From a virus (Duplodnaviria; Heunggongvirae; Uroviricota; Caudoviricetes), in IMG/VR virus record IMGVR_UViG_3300017963_000216, positions 1-33,862 of that record: 33,862 bases of DNA. One strand, written 5' to 3'. Positions 16,297 through 24,164 of this stretch are shown in pieces. Within the stretch, counting starts at the first letter, position 1. Each line of letters begins with the position of its first letter. The notes under the pieces were generated by a model. That model had not been told where the DNA came from. It ran no database searches and saw only the letters and a program-made list of their open reading frames with translations. Made by a program: the position numbers and the translations under genes.

Positions 16297-16330
16297 TTGA
16301 CTCTGCCTAGGGGCGTTGTATGCTTTAAGT
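16297..16330 (+). promoter_or_regulatory. sigma70-type promoter (subtype A)
   Basis: TTGACT(16297-16302)-N16-TATGCT(16319-16324)-TTAAGT; A/C-rich leader and AGGAG RBS. Confidence 0.8.
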
Positions 16331-16366
16331 GTAAGAGACAAACGAAACACCAACCAGGAGAGACAG

Positions 16367-16579
16367 ATGAACGAAGTCCTAGCCGAACTCGCCAAACACG
16401 AAGATCCTAAAGTCCGAGCCCTGGCCGAGAGAGGCCGGGAGCACCACAACCGACGCACCCGCATCATCGAGCTGGTACAGGAGGCTCTCCAGCAGCTTCG
16501 CCTCGACACGAAGTACCTCGTCTTCGACCTGGAGTGCACCCGCCGCGAGCGCGACGCCGCCATGGGAGATGCCCTGTGA
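16367..16579 (+). CDS. small helical protein resembling a conserved planctomycete hypothetical protein
   Basis: LQQLRLDTKYLVFDLECTRRERD resembles the motif LRLxxKYLVFDLEATRRE that I recall from Planctomycetes; not verified. Confidence 0.65.
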   Translation: MNEVLAELAKHEDPKVRALAERGREHHNRRTRIIELVQEALQQLRLDTKYLVFDLECTRRERDAAMGDAL

Positions 16580-16845
16580 GCGACATATCCCAAGTCTGCA
16601 TCCGATCAATCAGCAATCAAGCACAGACTCTGCTGGAGCTGTCAGACGCCCTGGAGATGGTGGGCAACGAGATCCTGTCAGAGAAGTTGTACTACATCAG
16701 CTCGCAACTCTCTAAGGCAGCCACCATGCTGCACGATGAGGAAGGCAAAGCCATCGGCGAGCAGATGGAGAGAATGAACGAGAGCAGCGCGAACATGTTG
16801 AACGCGTGCCTCGCTGGCGTGAAACTTGGAAGAGGGGACAAATGA
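16576..16845 (+). CDS. helical hypothetical protein
   Basis: GTG start overlapping the stop (GTGA). Confidence 0.65.
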   Translation: MSDISQVCIRSISNQAQTLLELSDALEMVGNEILSEKLYYISSQLSKAATMLHDEEGKAIGEQMERMNESSANMLNACLAGVKLGRGDK

Positions 16846-17474
16846 AAGACATCATCCTGAGAGAACCCGTGGCCGAAGTCTTGGAGCGGGCAGTAAAGAA
16901 GGCCGCTGGCTGGAGTGCCAAGCTCCCCATGGGCGACGAGGCAGCCACCCTGATCAGTCAAGACCAACCCATCGGCTTCTCGTGCCCCGTGTGCAAAGAG
17001 GTGTACGCGACAGCAGCGGAAGCCAGAGAGTGCCGGGACCAGCCGTACGACACTGCTGGGATGGAGATCGGTGACATCGTCGTGGTGCCCGGAGCCTACC
17101 ACAACAGCTATGATCCGAGTGACCCGTGGGTGGCGTTCGTCATCCCGCCAGACAAGGACTCTAACGACCACTTCGAGCGGGCTGGCTACACCATACCTTA
17201 CTTCGTGGTCACTGCCGTCCACAGCGAAGAGCGGAACCCACACCGTGCCCTGGTAACCCTGTGCTCCCTGGCTGGTGGATCGCTGAGGGCCGGTTGGAAC
17301 CCTGCTGACGGTGATGGGCATTATGCCATGTTTAAGCCCAACAGCACCGATAACAGGAGCTACTGGGGCAAAAGAATCCAGAAGTTCCTTGACTGCTGCG
17401 AGCCATGTGCTATTGTTAAGGTAGAAGCAGCTCAACTAGCAAACATCAAACTCAGCACACGGAGCCTTTTATGA
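16842..17474 (+). CDS. hypothetical protein with C2H2/CxxC-like element
   Basis: FSCPVCKEVY; GAGGGG RBS. Confidence 0.75.
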   Translation: MKDIILREPVAEVLERAVKKAAGWSAKLPMGDEAATLISQDQPIGFSCPVCKEVYATAAEARECRDQPYDTAGMEIGDIVVVPGAYHNSYDPSDPWVAFVIPPDKDSNDHFERAGYTIPYFVVTAVHSEERNPHRALVTLCSLAGGSLRAGWNPADGDGHYAMFKPNSTDNRSYWGKRIQKFLDCCEPCAIVKVEAAQLANIKLSTRSLL

Positions 17475-17605
17475 TCAGCATCATCGTCAGCATCATCGTC
17501 AGCATCCTATCCGTCCTTGCCTTCTTCGGGGCGTGGGCGTTCACGATGCTCTTGACACTCAAGCTCGCCTTCTACCTGATGTACCTGATGGGGAACACCA
17601 AATGA
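17471..17605 (+). CDS. 44-aa membrane peptide with a 12-bp internal tandem repeat
   Basis: MISIIVSIIVSILSVLAFFGAWAFTMLLTLKLAFYLMYLMGNTK; CAGCATCATCGT repeated. Confidence 0.55.
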   Translation: MISIIVSIIVSILSVLAFFGAWAFTMLLTLKLAFYLMYLMGNTK

Positions 17606-17784
17606 CCAAATGGCCAGCCAACATGGAAAAGCTTCGCTACTATGTGGCGTGCGTGACCACGATGGTCACAGGTGCGAAGTGCTACATCTGTTTCACGAAC
17701 AACAACAACGTTGTGGACGGCAAATTCAAGTGTGTTCACTGCGGCAACGTAAACCGAGTGAGGCTACCATGGCCAAGCGAGTGA
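17602..17784 (+). CDS. small zinc-ribbon protein
   Basis: CYIC...CVHC. Confidence 0.6.
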   Translation: MTKWPANMEKLRYYVACVTTMVTGAKCYICFTNNNNVVDGKFKCVHCGNVNRVRLPWPSE

Positions 17785-18140
17785 TGCACAAACGATGGGT
17801 GGCGAGAATGTGCTTCGAGGGTGAGAAGCCCCGGATGATTGTCGTGTGTGGCACCGTCCTGGAGACCGACAAGCAATACCGGATCGCCCGGCCAGAGTAC
17901 CAAGCCTCCGACGCTGTCTGGCGGGCCTTTCGTAAAGGCTTCTACCGAGAGGTGTGGCCCAAGGACTGCTACGAGATCGCGGAGATCGGCCACAGCAGCA
18001 AGGAAACTGCGGTGCAAGCATGCGTGGATTGGCACCAGCTTGCAGTGGAGCGGGCAGAGGCCCGGCTTCGGAACGCTCAGCGTGACGCCTGCACTGCGGC
18101 AGGGTTTAAGAACTACGAAGACTATGAGGTGATGAAATGA
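17769..18140 (+). CDS. hypothetical protein
   Basis: ATG 17769 after GAGG. Confidence 0.65.
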   Translation: MAKRVMHKRWVARMCFEGEKPRMIVVCGTVLETDKQYRIARPEYQASDAVWRAFRKGFYREVWPKDCYEIAEIGHSSKETAVQACVDWHQLAVERAEARLRNAQRDACTAAGFKNYEDYEVMK

Positions 18141-18400
18141 GCCCAGTAAGGAAGAAGACGTTGTGCGGCCCTGACGGCTGTCGTGTGGTCCTCGACAAGG
18201 ACGAGGTACATCCAGGCGACCCAGGTGCTGGAACGCCCGCTATGGTGTACTACAGGGGCGGCTCGGCCACTCTGGGGTGCGCCCTGGGCGAGGGTGAGAT
18301 CGAGAGCGGTCGGGATGGGTTCGTGATGCCCATTCCGCGCGACGTGTACGAGTGGCTTGAAGAGGCCGACTTGAAGGCCGACGAATTCCTGGGGTGGTAG
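18137..18400 (+). CDS. hypothetical protein
   Basis: GAGGTG RBS, ATGA overlap. Confidence 0.7.
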   Translation: MSPVRKKTLCGPDGCRVVLDKDEVHPGDPGAGTPAMVYYRGGSATLGCALGEGEIESGRDGFVMPIPRDVYEWLEEADLKADEFLGW

Positions 18401-18562
18401 ATGTTGATACAGCTGATGACCGAGACCCGGTGGCGGTATGTGTGCTCGGAGTGCGGCAAGGTGATAGAGCCGGGCACCATGTACGCCGACCTCTGGACCA
18501 TTAAGGGAAAGATGCACGAACACACTTGGCAGCACGCCGAGTGCAAAAGGGAGAAACCATGA
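18401..18562 (+). CDS. 53-aa CxxC...HxxC zinc-finger protein (not in ORF track)
   Basis: YVCSECGKVIEPG...WQHAEC; abuts the neighbours on both sides. Confidence 0.65.
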   Translation: MLIQLMTETRWRYVCSECGKVIEPGTMYADLWTIKGKMHEHTWQHAECKREKP

Positions 18563-18786
18563 TTATCGAATCCGAACAAGCAGACGGCCCGTGCGACAAC
18601 TGCGACAAGGGCACAGCCACCCACGGGGCGGTCCAGCAAGGTGCTACAGGCCGCTACTGCGAAGTGATGTGGATCTGCAAGACGTGTGCCATCAAGTGGG
18701 TCCAAGGGGATGAGACACAAATCCTCACCACCCAAGAGGCGCGAGACAAGTGCAACGCCAACCCGTACGGTTACGCCGATTTCTAA
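18559..18786 (+). CDS. CxxC hypothetical protein
   Basis: CDNC...CKTC; GGGAG RBS. Confidence 0.7.
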   Translation: MIIESEQADGPCDNCDKGTATHGAVQQGATGRYCEVMWICKTCAIKWVQGDETQILTTQEARDKCNANPYGYADF

Positions 18787-18787
18787 T

Positions 18788-18823
18788 TTGACAACCTCCA
18801 CCTAGGGTGTATACTTTAGGTAG
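18788..18823 (+). promoter_or_regulatory. sigma70-type promoter (subtype A) driving the mini-tmRNA
   Basis: TTGACA(18788-18793)-N16-TATACT(18810-18815)-TTAGGTAG. Confidence 0.85.
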
Positions 18824-18827
18824 AGAA

Positions 18828-18925
18828 GGGGGCGAAACAGATTCGACTACCGCCCGCCTGAGGCTAAAGGCCCATGCTCACAGCCGAGGGTGGCTAGGAC
18901 TCCGGGGCAGTACCGGACGCCTCCA
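18828..18925 (+). ncRNA. tmRNA reduced to its tRNA-like domain (no mRNA-like domain)
   Basis: Acceptor GGGGGCG/CGCCTCC + A with a G3-U70 wobble; stemless D-loop AAACAGATTCGAC; P2-like helix CTACCGCCC/GGGTGG(C)TAG; GAC linker; T-arm TCCGG-GGCAGTA-CCGGA. Confidence 0.85.
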
Positions 18926-18952
18926 CTTACTACAACACTACGAAAGGGAACC

Positions 18953-19414
18953 ATGAGCAATTCATCTGAATCGCTGAACGAAATCACGCAGGACGGCAGT
19001 CGCGCCGCCATGGCCGAGAAGACTTTGCAGCTGCTGAAAGCCAACCCTGGCAAGACGGCCAATGAGCTGGAAGAACTCGGCGGGTTCAAGGACGGCCAGA
19101 TCCGGAAGCGACTGAATGACCTGCTCCGGCAGGAACTCGCCTCACAAGGCCCCGCACGCGTCTCTGAGGTCACGGGGAAGCCCAACCTCACATGGTACAC
19201 CAAAGAGGACGCCGAGCTGTTAGGCATCGAGCGAGAGGCTCGCCCGATCACCTGCAAGGCGAAGGTGACGAACTCTTCAGGCGTGACCGAGTATGACATG
19301 GTCCTGAACGAGTCCACCAAGGACGGCCAGTGCATCACGTTCATGTTCCCAGTAGCCGTCACGATCTACCCTGAAGACTCTGTCAAAATGACCTGGACTT
19401 TCAAAGCGGAGTGA
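18953..19414 (+). CDS. winged-helix DNA-binding protein
   Basis: LQLLKANPGKTANELEELGG....IRKRLNDL...V..G..R....TG..  pattern; AAGGG RBS. Confidence 0.7.
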   Translation: MSNSSESLNEITQDGSRAAMAEKTLQLLKANPGKTANELEELGGFKDGQIRKRLNDLLRQELASQGPARVSEVTGKPNLTWYTKEDAELLGIEREARPITCKAKVTNSSGVTEYDMVLNESTKDGQCITFMFPVAVTIYPEDSVKMTWTFKAE

Positions 19415-19418
19415 ACCT

Positions 19419-19610
19419 ATGAGAAACGAGTACCGCATCAAAGTGTTCGAGGACGGCAGCTACCTGTACCGGATCTACCGGGTGGAGGCGCACACAGAGG
19501 AAGACGCCCGTTCGATAGCCTTCCTCCTGGATGGGGGTAGCAACCGGGTGCCTCACTGGGACACGGGACACATTCAACTGGCCTTCACTTGGACCGAGGT
19601 GATCAAATGA
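19419..19610 (+). CDS. hypothetical protein
   Basis: GGAG RBS; VEAHTEEDAR motif. Confidence 0.65.
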   Translation: MRNEYRIKVFEDGSYLYRIYRVEAHTEEDARSIAFLLDGGSNRVPHWDTGHIQLAFTWTEVIK

Positions 19611-19795
19611 GCAAGACATACGACACGAGCGATCTACACCGAGCCCGCAACGAGCACCCAGGTTACGAGGTGAAGGTTCGGGAGGAGAACGGAAGCACCT
19701 CGTTCATTTACGTCGACACCCGGACCAAGCAGCCGTTCGCAGCATGGACGATGGGCCCCGGCTTGAGCCACATTCACATAGGACCGCTGGCATGA
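19607..19795 (+). CDS. hypothetical protein
   Basis: GAGGTG RBS, ATGA overlap. Confidence 0.65.
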   Translation: MSKTYDTSDLHRARNEHPGYEVKVREENGSTSFIYVDTRTKQPFAAWTMGPGLSHIHIGPLA

Positions 19796-20064
19796 GACAG
19801 TCAATCAAACAACTCGGAATCGAATTCGACAAAGCCAAGCAGGCCTTGCTCGACGAGATCAAGGCAGAGATGTCACTGATCGCCACACGCAGGAACCTCA
19901 GCGCGTTCATCTGCGAGCCGATCAACCCCTGTGAGTTCTGGTCGTCCGATGGCAACCGTGTGGCATGCCCGGAGATCGCCAACCTCGATTACATTTACTA
20001 CATGCATGCGGGCCACAACATGCACGTCGAATGGAAGGATGGCAAGTATGTCGGTGATGAGTAA
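19792..20064 (+). CDS. hypothetical protein
   Basis: ATGA overlap. Confidence 0.65.
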   Translation: MRQSIKQLGIEFDKAKQALLDEIKAEMSLIATRRNLSAFICEPINPCEFWSSDGNRVACPEIANLDYIYYMHAGHNMHVEWKDGKYVGDE

Positions 20065-20314
20065 ACACTACGAGGTTCGCTTGACCCTTGAGAACAAGCA
20101 AGTCATTCACGGCCCCATCATCCCTGAGGAGGATTACGCCGATTGGTACGCGGTGTTCAAGGAGTACCCAGACGGAGGCACCATACGGCTCAAGGATCTG
20201 GACAGGTCGTTTATCATCCCTAACGACGCAGCAGTCAAAGGCTGGCTGGAGTTTCGTCAAATCAGTATCCGCCGCCGACTGTTACGTTGGCTCTGGCGGT
20301 CAATCACACGCTAA
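20057..20314 (+). CDS. hypothetical protein
   Basis: Co-oriented and gap-filling. Confidence 0.6.
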   Translation: MSKHYEVRLTLENKQVIHGPIIPEEDYADWYAVFKEYPDGGTIRLKDLDRSFIIPNDAAVKGWLEFRQISIRRRLLRWLWRSITR

Positions 20315-20333
20315 CAAACCGGAAGGAATCAAG

Positions 20334-20627
20334 ATGCGAAAGGCACCTATCACGTACGACCGAGCCCGTAAGAAATACGTTCTCCGCTTCGAGCGGGGAG
20401 GCAAGCGGCACAACCTTGGCGCACACGAAGAGAGGATCGAACTCGAACGCACTTACGCCGCCTGGATGGCACACCACCACTTGGAGATCTCCAACCAGTG
20501 GTACGACATCGAAGCCGAGCTGACCGAGGAGATCGACCAGAAGGACGGCGAGGCCCGCGACACGAGCACTCTCGGCGACATCTACTGGGACCAGGAAGAG
20601 AACATGTTTGTGAAGGACCGGGAATGA
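20334..20627 (+). CDS. AP2-like / arm-type DNA-binding domain protein
   Basis: ITYDRARKKYVLRFERGGKRHNLG...EL...YAAW; acidic tail. Confidence 0.5.
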   Translation: MRKAPITYDRARKKYVLRFERGGKRHNLGAHEERIELERTYAAWMAHHHLEISNQWYDIEAELTEEIDQKDGEARDTSTLGDIYWDQEENMFVKDRE

Positions 20628-20788
20628 AGGACCTCGAACTAGAACTGCAATGCCTGTACGTCGAACTGGACGCCGTCGATGCAGCCTTAGAAAGGGCCTT
20701 GGACGTGTACACGTACGCAGATCTGAAGAAGTGCCAAGCAGAGATACTTGGCCAAATCAAACTGACAGAGAGAAAACGCCATGCTTGA
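20624..20788 (+). CDS. small coiled-coil protein
   Basis: ATGA overlap. Confidence 0.55.
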   Translation: MKDLELELQCLYVELDAVDAALERALDVYTYADLKKCQAEILGQIKLTERKRHA

Positions 20789-20906
20789 ATTCATCGACTC
20801 ACTACCGTGCCCGCCGATCAACTTGACGGGCTTCTACCTGCTCTACTTCGGCTCGTTCGTCATCGGATGTGCATTACTACTGACAAAGAACGGAGGGAGC
20901 CGCTGA
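20781..20906 (+). CDS. 41-aa membrane peptide
   Basis: MLEFIDSLPCPPINLTGFYLLYFGSFVIGCALLLTKNGGSR; TGATG overlap downstream. Confidence 0.5.
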   Translation: MLEFIDSLPCPPINLTGFYLLYFGSFVIGCALLLTKNGGSR

Positions 20907-21382
20907 TGGGTTTCTACACCTCATTCCGGATCGAGACCGTGCCAACCAACTGGTTCTCTCAGGAGACCGACCAGGAGCTGGAAGACCTGACCGGCTATCA
21001 CCTCAACGATGTCACCTCTGGGTACTTCAGCGAAGAGATTAAGTGGTATGGCAACCACAATGACATGGTGGAGTTCACGGCCCGCCACCCTGATGTGTTC
21101 ATCACGTTGGAAGGGATCGGCGAGGACGGATGCCGCTGGCAGCGGCGATACAACAACGGCGAGATGGTTGCCGCGCGGTACGCCTACACGATGGCCCCTG
21201 ATGATCCACAACCTATCTGGGCCGAGTGGGGTGCAGGGATACCAAACCCAGGGAGCCTCCGCTCAGCGACCAACCGGCTGATCGAGCTGTACAATGTGCT
21301 CGGCGTCGACCCTGGTAGTGCTGACGCTCAAGACAAGGCCTTAGCCGTCTTGGCCCTGGCAGGGCTGGGGCAGGGGAGATAA
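20906..21382 (+). CDS. phage hypothetical protein (MGxYT...KWY...GEDG family-like)
   Basis: GGAGGGAG RBS; ATG 20906. Confidence 0.7.
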   Translation: MGFYTSFRIETVPTNWFSQETDQELEDLTGYHLNDVTSGYFSEEIKWYGNHNDMVEFTARHPDVFITLEGIGEDGCRWQRRYNNGEMVAARYAYTMAPDDPQPIWAEWGAGIPNPGSLRSATNRLIELYNVLGVDPGSADAQDKALAVLALAGLGQGR

Positions 21383-21384
21383 CG

Positions 21385-21585
21385 ATGAGTGATTACAGTG
21401 ACATCACCCCGTCACCCACCTTTCAGCACTTGACGCTGGACGAGACGTTCCTCAAGTTCCCAGCCGTCTTTGAAGAGAAGCTGGCCGAAGGGTGGTCTCA
21501 GCGCAGCGAGCTGAGTCTGGTCGTCAGGGACGGAAGGTACCGAGTCAGAGCCCACCTGCGAAGGATCTGGCAGAATGGCAATTAA
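21385..21585 (+). CDS. hypothetical protein; last rightward gene
   Basis: GGGGAG RBS. Confidence 0.65.
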   Translation: MSDYSDITPSPTFQHLTLDETFLKFPAVFEEKLAEGWSQRSELSLVVRDGRYRVRAHLRRIWQNGN

Positions 21586-21613
21586 GGTCGGAGAGTGGGG
21601 TGTGATAACCAAA

Positions 21614-21644
21614 GCAAGCCCATACTTACAAGAGAGGGGCTTGC
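21614..21644. terminator. probable terminator at the convergence point
   Basis: GCAAGCCC / GGGCTTGC 8-bp stem with a 15-nt loop; followed by TTTGGTTAT on minus and GGGTTCTTT on plus. Confidence 0.5.
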
Positions 21645-21652
21645 GGGTTCTT

Positions 21653-21757
21653 TCACAGTGCCAATCCTTCAAAGAGCAAGTAGACGAAAAGATAAATGCC
21701 TCCGATCACAATCGCCGCCGTGGCTGCGATCCCTAGGAGTATTGTCAAAGCTTTCAT
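21653..21757 (-). CDS. 34-aa single-helix membrane peptide (not in ORF track)
   Basis: MKALTILLGIAATAAIVIGGIYLFVYLLFEGLAL; GAGGAAGG RBS. Confidence 0.6.
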   Translation of the reverse strand: MKALTILLGIAATAAIVIGGIYLFVYLLFEGLAL

Positions 21758-21769
21758 TGTTCACCTTCC

Positions 21770-22135
21770 TCACGCCGATAGCGTGAATACCATTTCTAGT
21801 TCAAGTCCTGCCCCGCCGCCTGACGGTAGCACAGAGTACGTCTCGCCGTCACCACCTTCCCAGTACCAGGAGAGTGTGTACGTGAGCTTCAACATGTCGC
21901 TTTCATACAGTCGGTGAGGCCACACGAACGACAGCACCTTGGTGTCCTCGAAGACCATGTAACCGACGTGGTGATCCTGGTTGTACGTCGCGGTGTACTC
22001 CAGCTTCCACACAGCGGAGCTTACACCACGCTCGCACGACTTCTTCTCGTAGCCATCCACGTGAGCCTCCTGCTCCCTGAACCCCGTCACCATCCGTTCT
22101 AAGAGGGTTCTGTCTAGTATGTCCGACTGCATCAT
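21770..22135 (-). CDS. hypothetical protein
   Basis: GGAGAGG RBS, ATGA overlap. Confidence 0.65.
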   Translation of the reverse strand: MMQSDILDRTLLERMVTGFREQEAHVDGYEKKSCERGVSSAVWKLEYTATYNQDHHVGYMVFEDTKVLSFVWPHRLYESDMLKLTYTLSWYWEGGDGETYSVLPSGGGAGLELEMVFTLSA

Positions 22136-22323
22136 ACTGAGTTGTCCTCTCCGCAGTAGCACACGTACCCGTCAGCGTAATAGCCGGGGCACGCTCTGCA
22201 TTTCCTTATCACGCAGAACGACGACGCCACGTGCAGCCGCTTCTCTAGATCGTCGATCTGCTTCTCGGCCTCTGCCAGCTCTGCCTTGTAGCTTCTTCTT
22301 TTCATGGTGAAGGCCTCTATCAT
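22132..22323 (-). CDS. small coiled-coil plus Cys-cluster protein
   Basis: CRAC...CYC. Confidence 0.6.
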   Translation of the reverse strand: MIEAFTMKRRSYKAELAEAEKQIDDLEKRLHVASSFCVIRKCRACPGYYADGYVCYCGEDNSV

Positions 22324-22544
22324 TGCTCGCCCTGATCTTGCAGGTACTTGCGCACGCGGCCCAGGATGATCTTGTCTACGCGCTGAGCCATCGATCTGGC
22401 GCACTTGCCCTGGTGGGTGAAGGCCTCTAACCACTCAGGGTCAGCGTGCACATATTCATCGTCACCGTGCCCGGCCAGACATCCACCAGTGTGGTGAGTC
22501 TTGCAGGTCTCGCACGGCCCCGAACAATTACTGAACAGCTTCAT
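22320..22544 (-). CDS. Cys/His-rich small protein
   Basis: CSGPCETCKTHHTGGCLAGHGDD. Confidence 0.65.
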   Translation of the reverse strand: MKLFSNCSGPCETCKTHHTGGCLAGHGDDEYVHADPEWLEAFTHQGKCARSMAQRVDKIILGRVRKYLQDQGEQ

Positions 22545-22984
22545 TGCTCGCCCTCCCACACTGGCAGCACGCCATCCAGGTAAGGGGTCGCAATGATCTC
22601 GGTCCCGTAGACCTTCACGGGCCACGTGAACGGGTTCAGGCTCGCGGAGTGTCGCACGTTCCCGATGTCTTTCATGCGTTCATCCTTCATCAGTCCGTCG
22701 AACTGGTCGAAGCCGACGTACACCCGCTTAGGGCGTTCAAACTGCGCTCGCCTGATCTCTGACAGGCCTCGCGTAAGTACGTCCAACATCTGGTGTGAGC
22801 TGATGTCTATGCGCGTGAACGTGCTCGTGTAGTTGGGGTAGTAGGATGACTTCAGCCAGCCCAGCTTCCGGAGCAGCCACGTCAGCCACTTGTACTTGGG
22901 CACATCGTACGACGGGTCTTTGATCCGCATCAGCGACTTGGTCGATGTCTCTTTCAACACCGGGAATGTGTATAAGTCTCTCAT
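22541..22984 (-). CDS. hypothetical protein
   Basis: GAGG RBS, ATGA overlaps. Confidence 0.7.
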   Translation of the reverse strand: MRDLYTFPVLKETSTKSLMRIKDPSYDVPKYKWLTWLLRKLGWLKSSYYPNYTSTFTRIDISSHQMLDVLTRGLSEIRRAQFERPKRVYVGFDQFDGLMKDERMKDIGNVRHSASLNPFTWPVKVYGTEIIATPYLDGVLPVWEGEQ

Positions 22985-23172
22985 TTGAACCTCTTGCAGA
23001 TGAAGTTGAGGAGCATGAACGGGGACAGGCACACGACGATCAGAGCGGTGACGGTTGCGCAAACAGCGAACTCGATCACCTCTCCGAGGACCTTGCCAAC
23101 AGGCCCTAAGCCCTCGACGAGCTTCTCCAGCCCATCGATACCATATTCAACTACGTCGTCTATCCGATTCAT
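22981..23172 (-). CDS. small membrane protein
   Basis: Hydrophobic C-terminus; GGAGGAG RBS. Confidence 0.65.
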   Translation of the reverse strand: MNRIDDVVEYGIDGLEKLVEGLGPVGKVLGEVIEFAVCATVTALIVVCLSPFMLLNFICKRFK

Positions 23173-23432
23173 TTGTCTCTCCTCCATCCAAGTTTCTCCA
23201 CAGTTTCGTCGCTCATCGGCGGAACCGTGAAATCGTGTTCGTGGTCATCAATCATGCGGTCGGCTTCAGGCACGCGTTGTGCACCAGCACCAGCGACGAA
23301 CTCGATGAACGGCCTCGTGGTGTCCACTGTGAGCACCTGCAAGATCCCGTCGTCGATACTGTCGGTGTCCAGGTCCGTCGGGGGCTGCTCGCTCTGAGCC
23401 ATCTCACCCCCTTCAAAGATGTAGAGGTACAT
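23169..23432 (-). CDS. acidic hypothetical protein
   Basis: TAATG overlap. Confidence 0.65.
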   Translation of the reverse strand: MYLYIFEGGEMAQSEQPPTDLDTDSIDDGILQVLTVDTTRPFIEFVAGAGAQRVPEADRMIDDHEHDFTVPPMSDETVEKLGWRRDK

Positions 23433-23632
23433 TACTTGTCGATCTCCGCACACACCTGGGCCATGGTGCCGATCACTTCGTGCGTCACTGGACGCCACTC
23501 GCCGTCCTCCTGAACGCCGTGCACGGTGATGGTGCAAGTGCCTTCGTTCTCTTCGACAAGCTCAATGCCGAATGCCTTGATAGCAATGACTTTGTTGTCG
23601 GAAGCTCTCGTGAATTTACTCATCGTCTTCAT
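23432..23632 (-). CDS. hypothetical protein
   Basis: TGATG overlap; GGAGAG RBS. Confidence 0.65.
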   Translation of the reverse strand: MKTMSKFTRASDNKVIAIKAFGIELVEENEGTCTITVHGVQEDGEWRPVTHEVIGTMAQVCAEIDK

Positions 23633-23700
23633 CAGTCTCTCCAGTATAAGAAAAGTAGAACGGCAACGAACACAGCCCATCCAAGGACCATGATTGTCAT
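23632..23700 (-). CDS. 22-aa hydrophobic micropeptide
   Basis: MTIMVLGWAVFVAVLLFLYWRD; stop overlaps the next ATG. Confidence 0.4.
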   Translation of the reverse strand: MTIMVLGWAVFVAVLLFLYWRD

Positions 23701-23707
23701 TATTGTG

Positions 23708-23968
23708 TTAAGTACGGAGTTGATTGTCTCGGTCATCAGCGTCGCCTCCCTTGGCAGCATTGTCACGTTCGATCATGATACACGCCCCTCGGAACGCAGC
23801 AACAGCCCAGAAAGGGATGGTGCCGAGAACCAACGCAGCTGGTAAGTTCCCGTTGATCTGATAGCAGCCCACACCCATGTAGATGAAGACAGCAATACTG
23901 CCAATCGCCAGGGCCGCTACGAAGAGGCCAAGGACACCGAGGCACAGGTAGTCAAGTAGTTTCTTCAT
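23708..23968 (-). CDS. two-helix membrane protein
   Basis: Two hydrophobic stretches; GGAAGGG RBS. Confidence 0.65.
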   Translation of the reverse strand: MKKLLDYLCLGVLGLFVAALAIGSIAVFIYMGVGCYQINGNLPAALVLGTIPFWAVAAFRGACIMIERDNAAKGGDADDRDNQLRT

Positions 23969-24164
23969 TTGTCCCTTCCATCATCCAGGTCGCCACCCCG
24001 TTGGAAAACATGTAGATCGCCAGCCCGGTTAGGGCCCCGACGATGGCCACCTTAGGGCCTACGGTGTACAGTAAATGGCAGAGGCATCCTAGCACGGTCG
24101 CCAGCACAAGCACGACAGTCACCTGGGCGAATCGCTTGCAGATGTGATCCCAAATCTTCGTCAT
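23952..24164 (-). CDS. two-helix membrane protein
   Basis: Two hydrophobic stretches; TGATG overlap. Confidence 0.6.
   Translation of the reverse strand: MTKIWDHICKRFAQVTVVLVLATVLGCLCHLLYTVGPKVAIVGALTGLAIYMFSNGVATWMMEGTNEETT

Noticed and set aside
18828-18925. One half of a permuted two-piece tmRNA, or an ordinary tRNA-Ala
   Set aside because: The 5' and 3' acceptor strands are in standard order within 98 nt; there is no D-stem and no 7-nt UGC anticodon loop.
20334-20627. Integrase or prophage boundary
   Set aside because: No tyrosine or serine recombinase catalytic domain and no att-like or host genes in the window.
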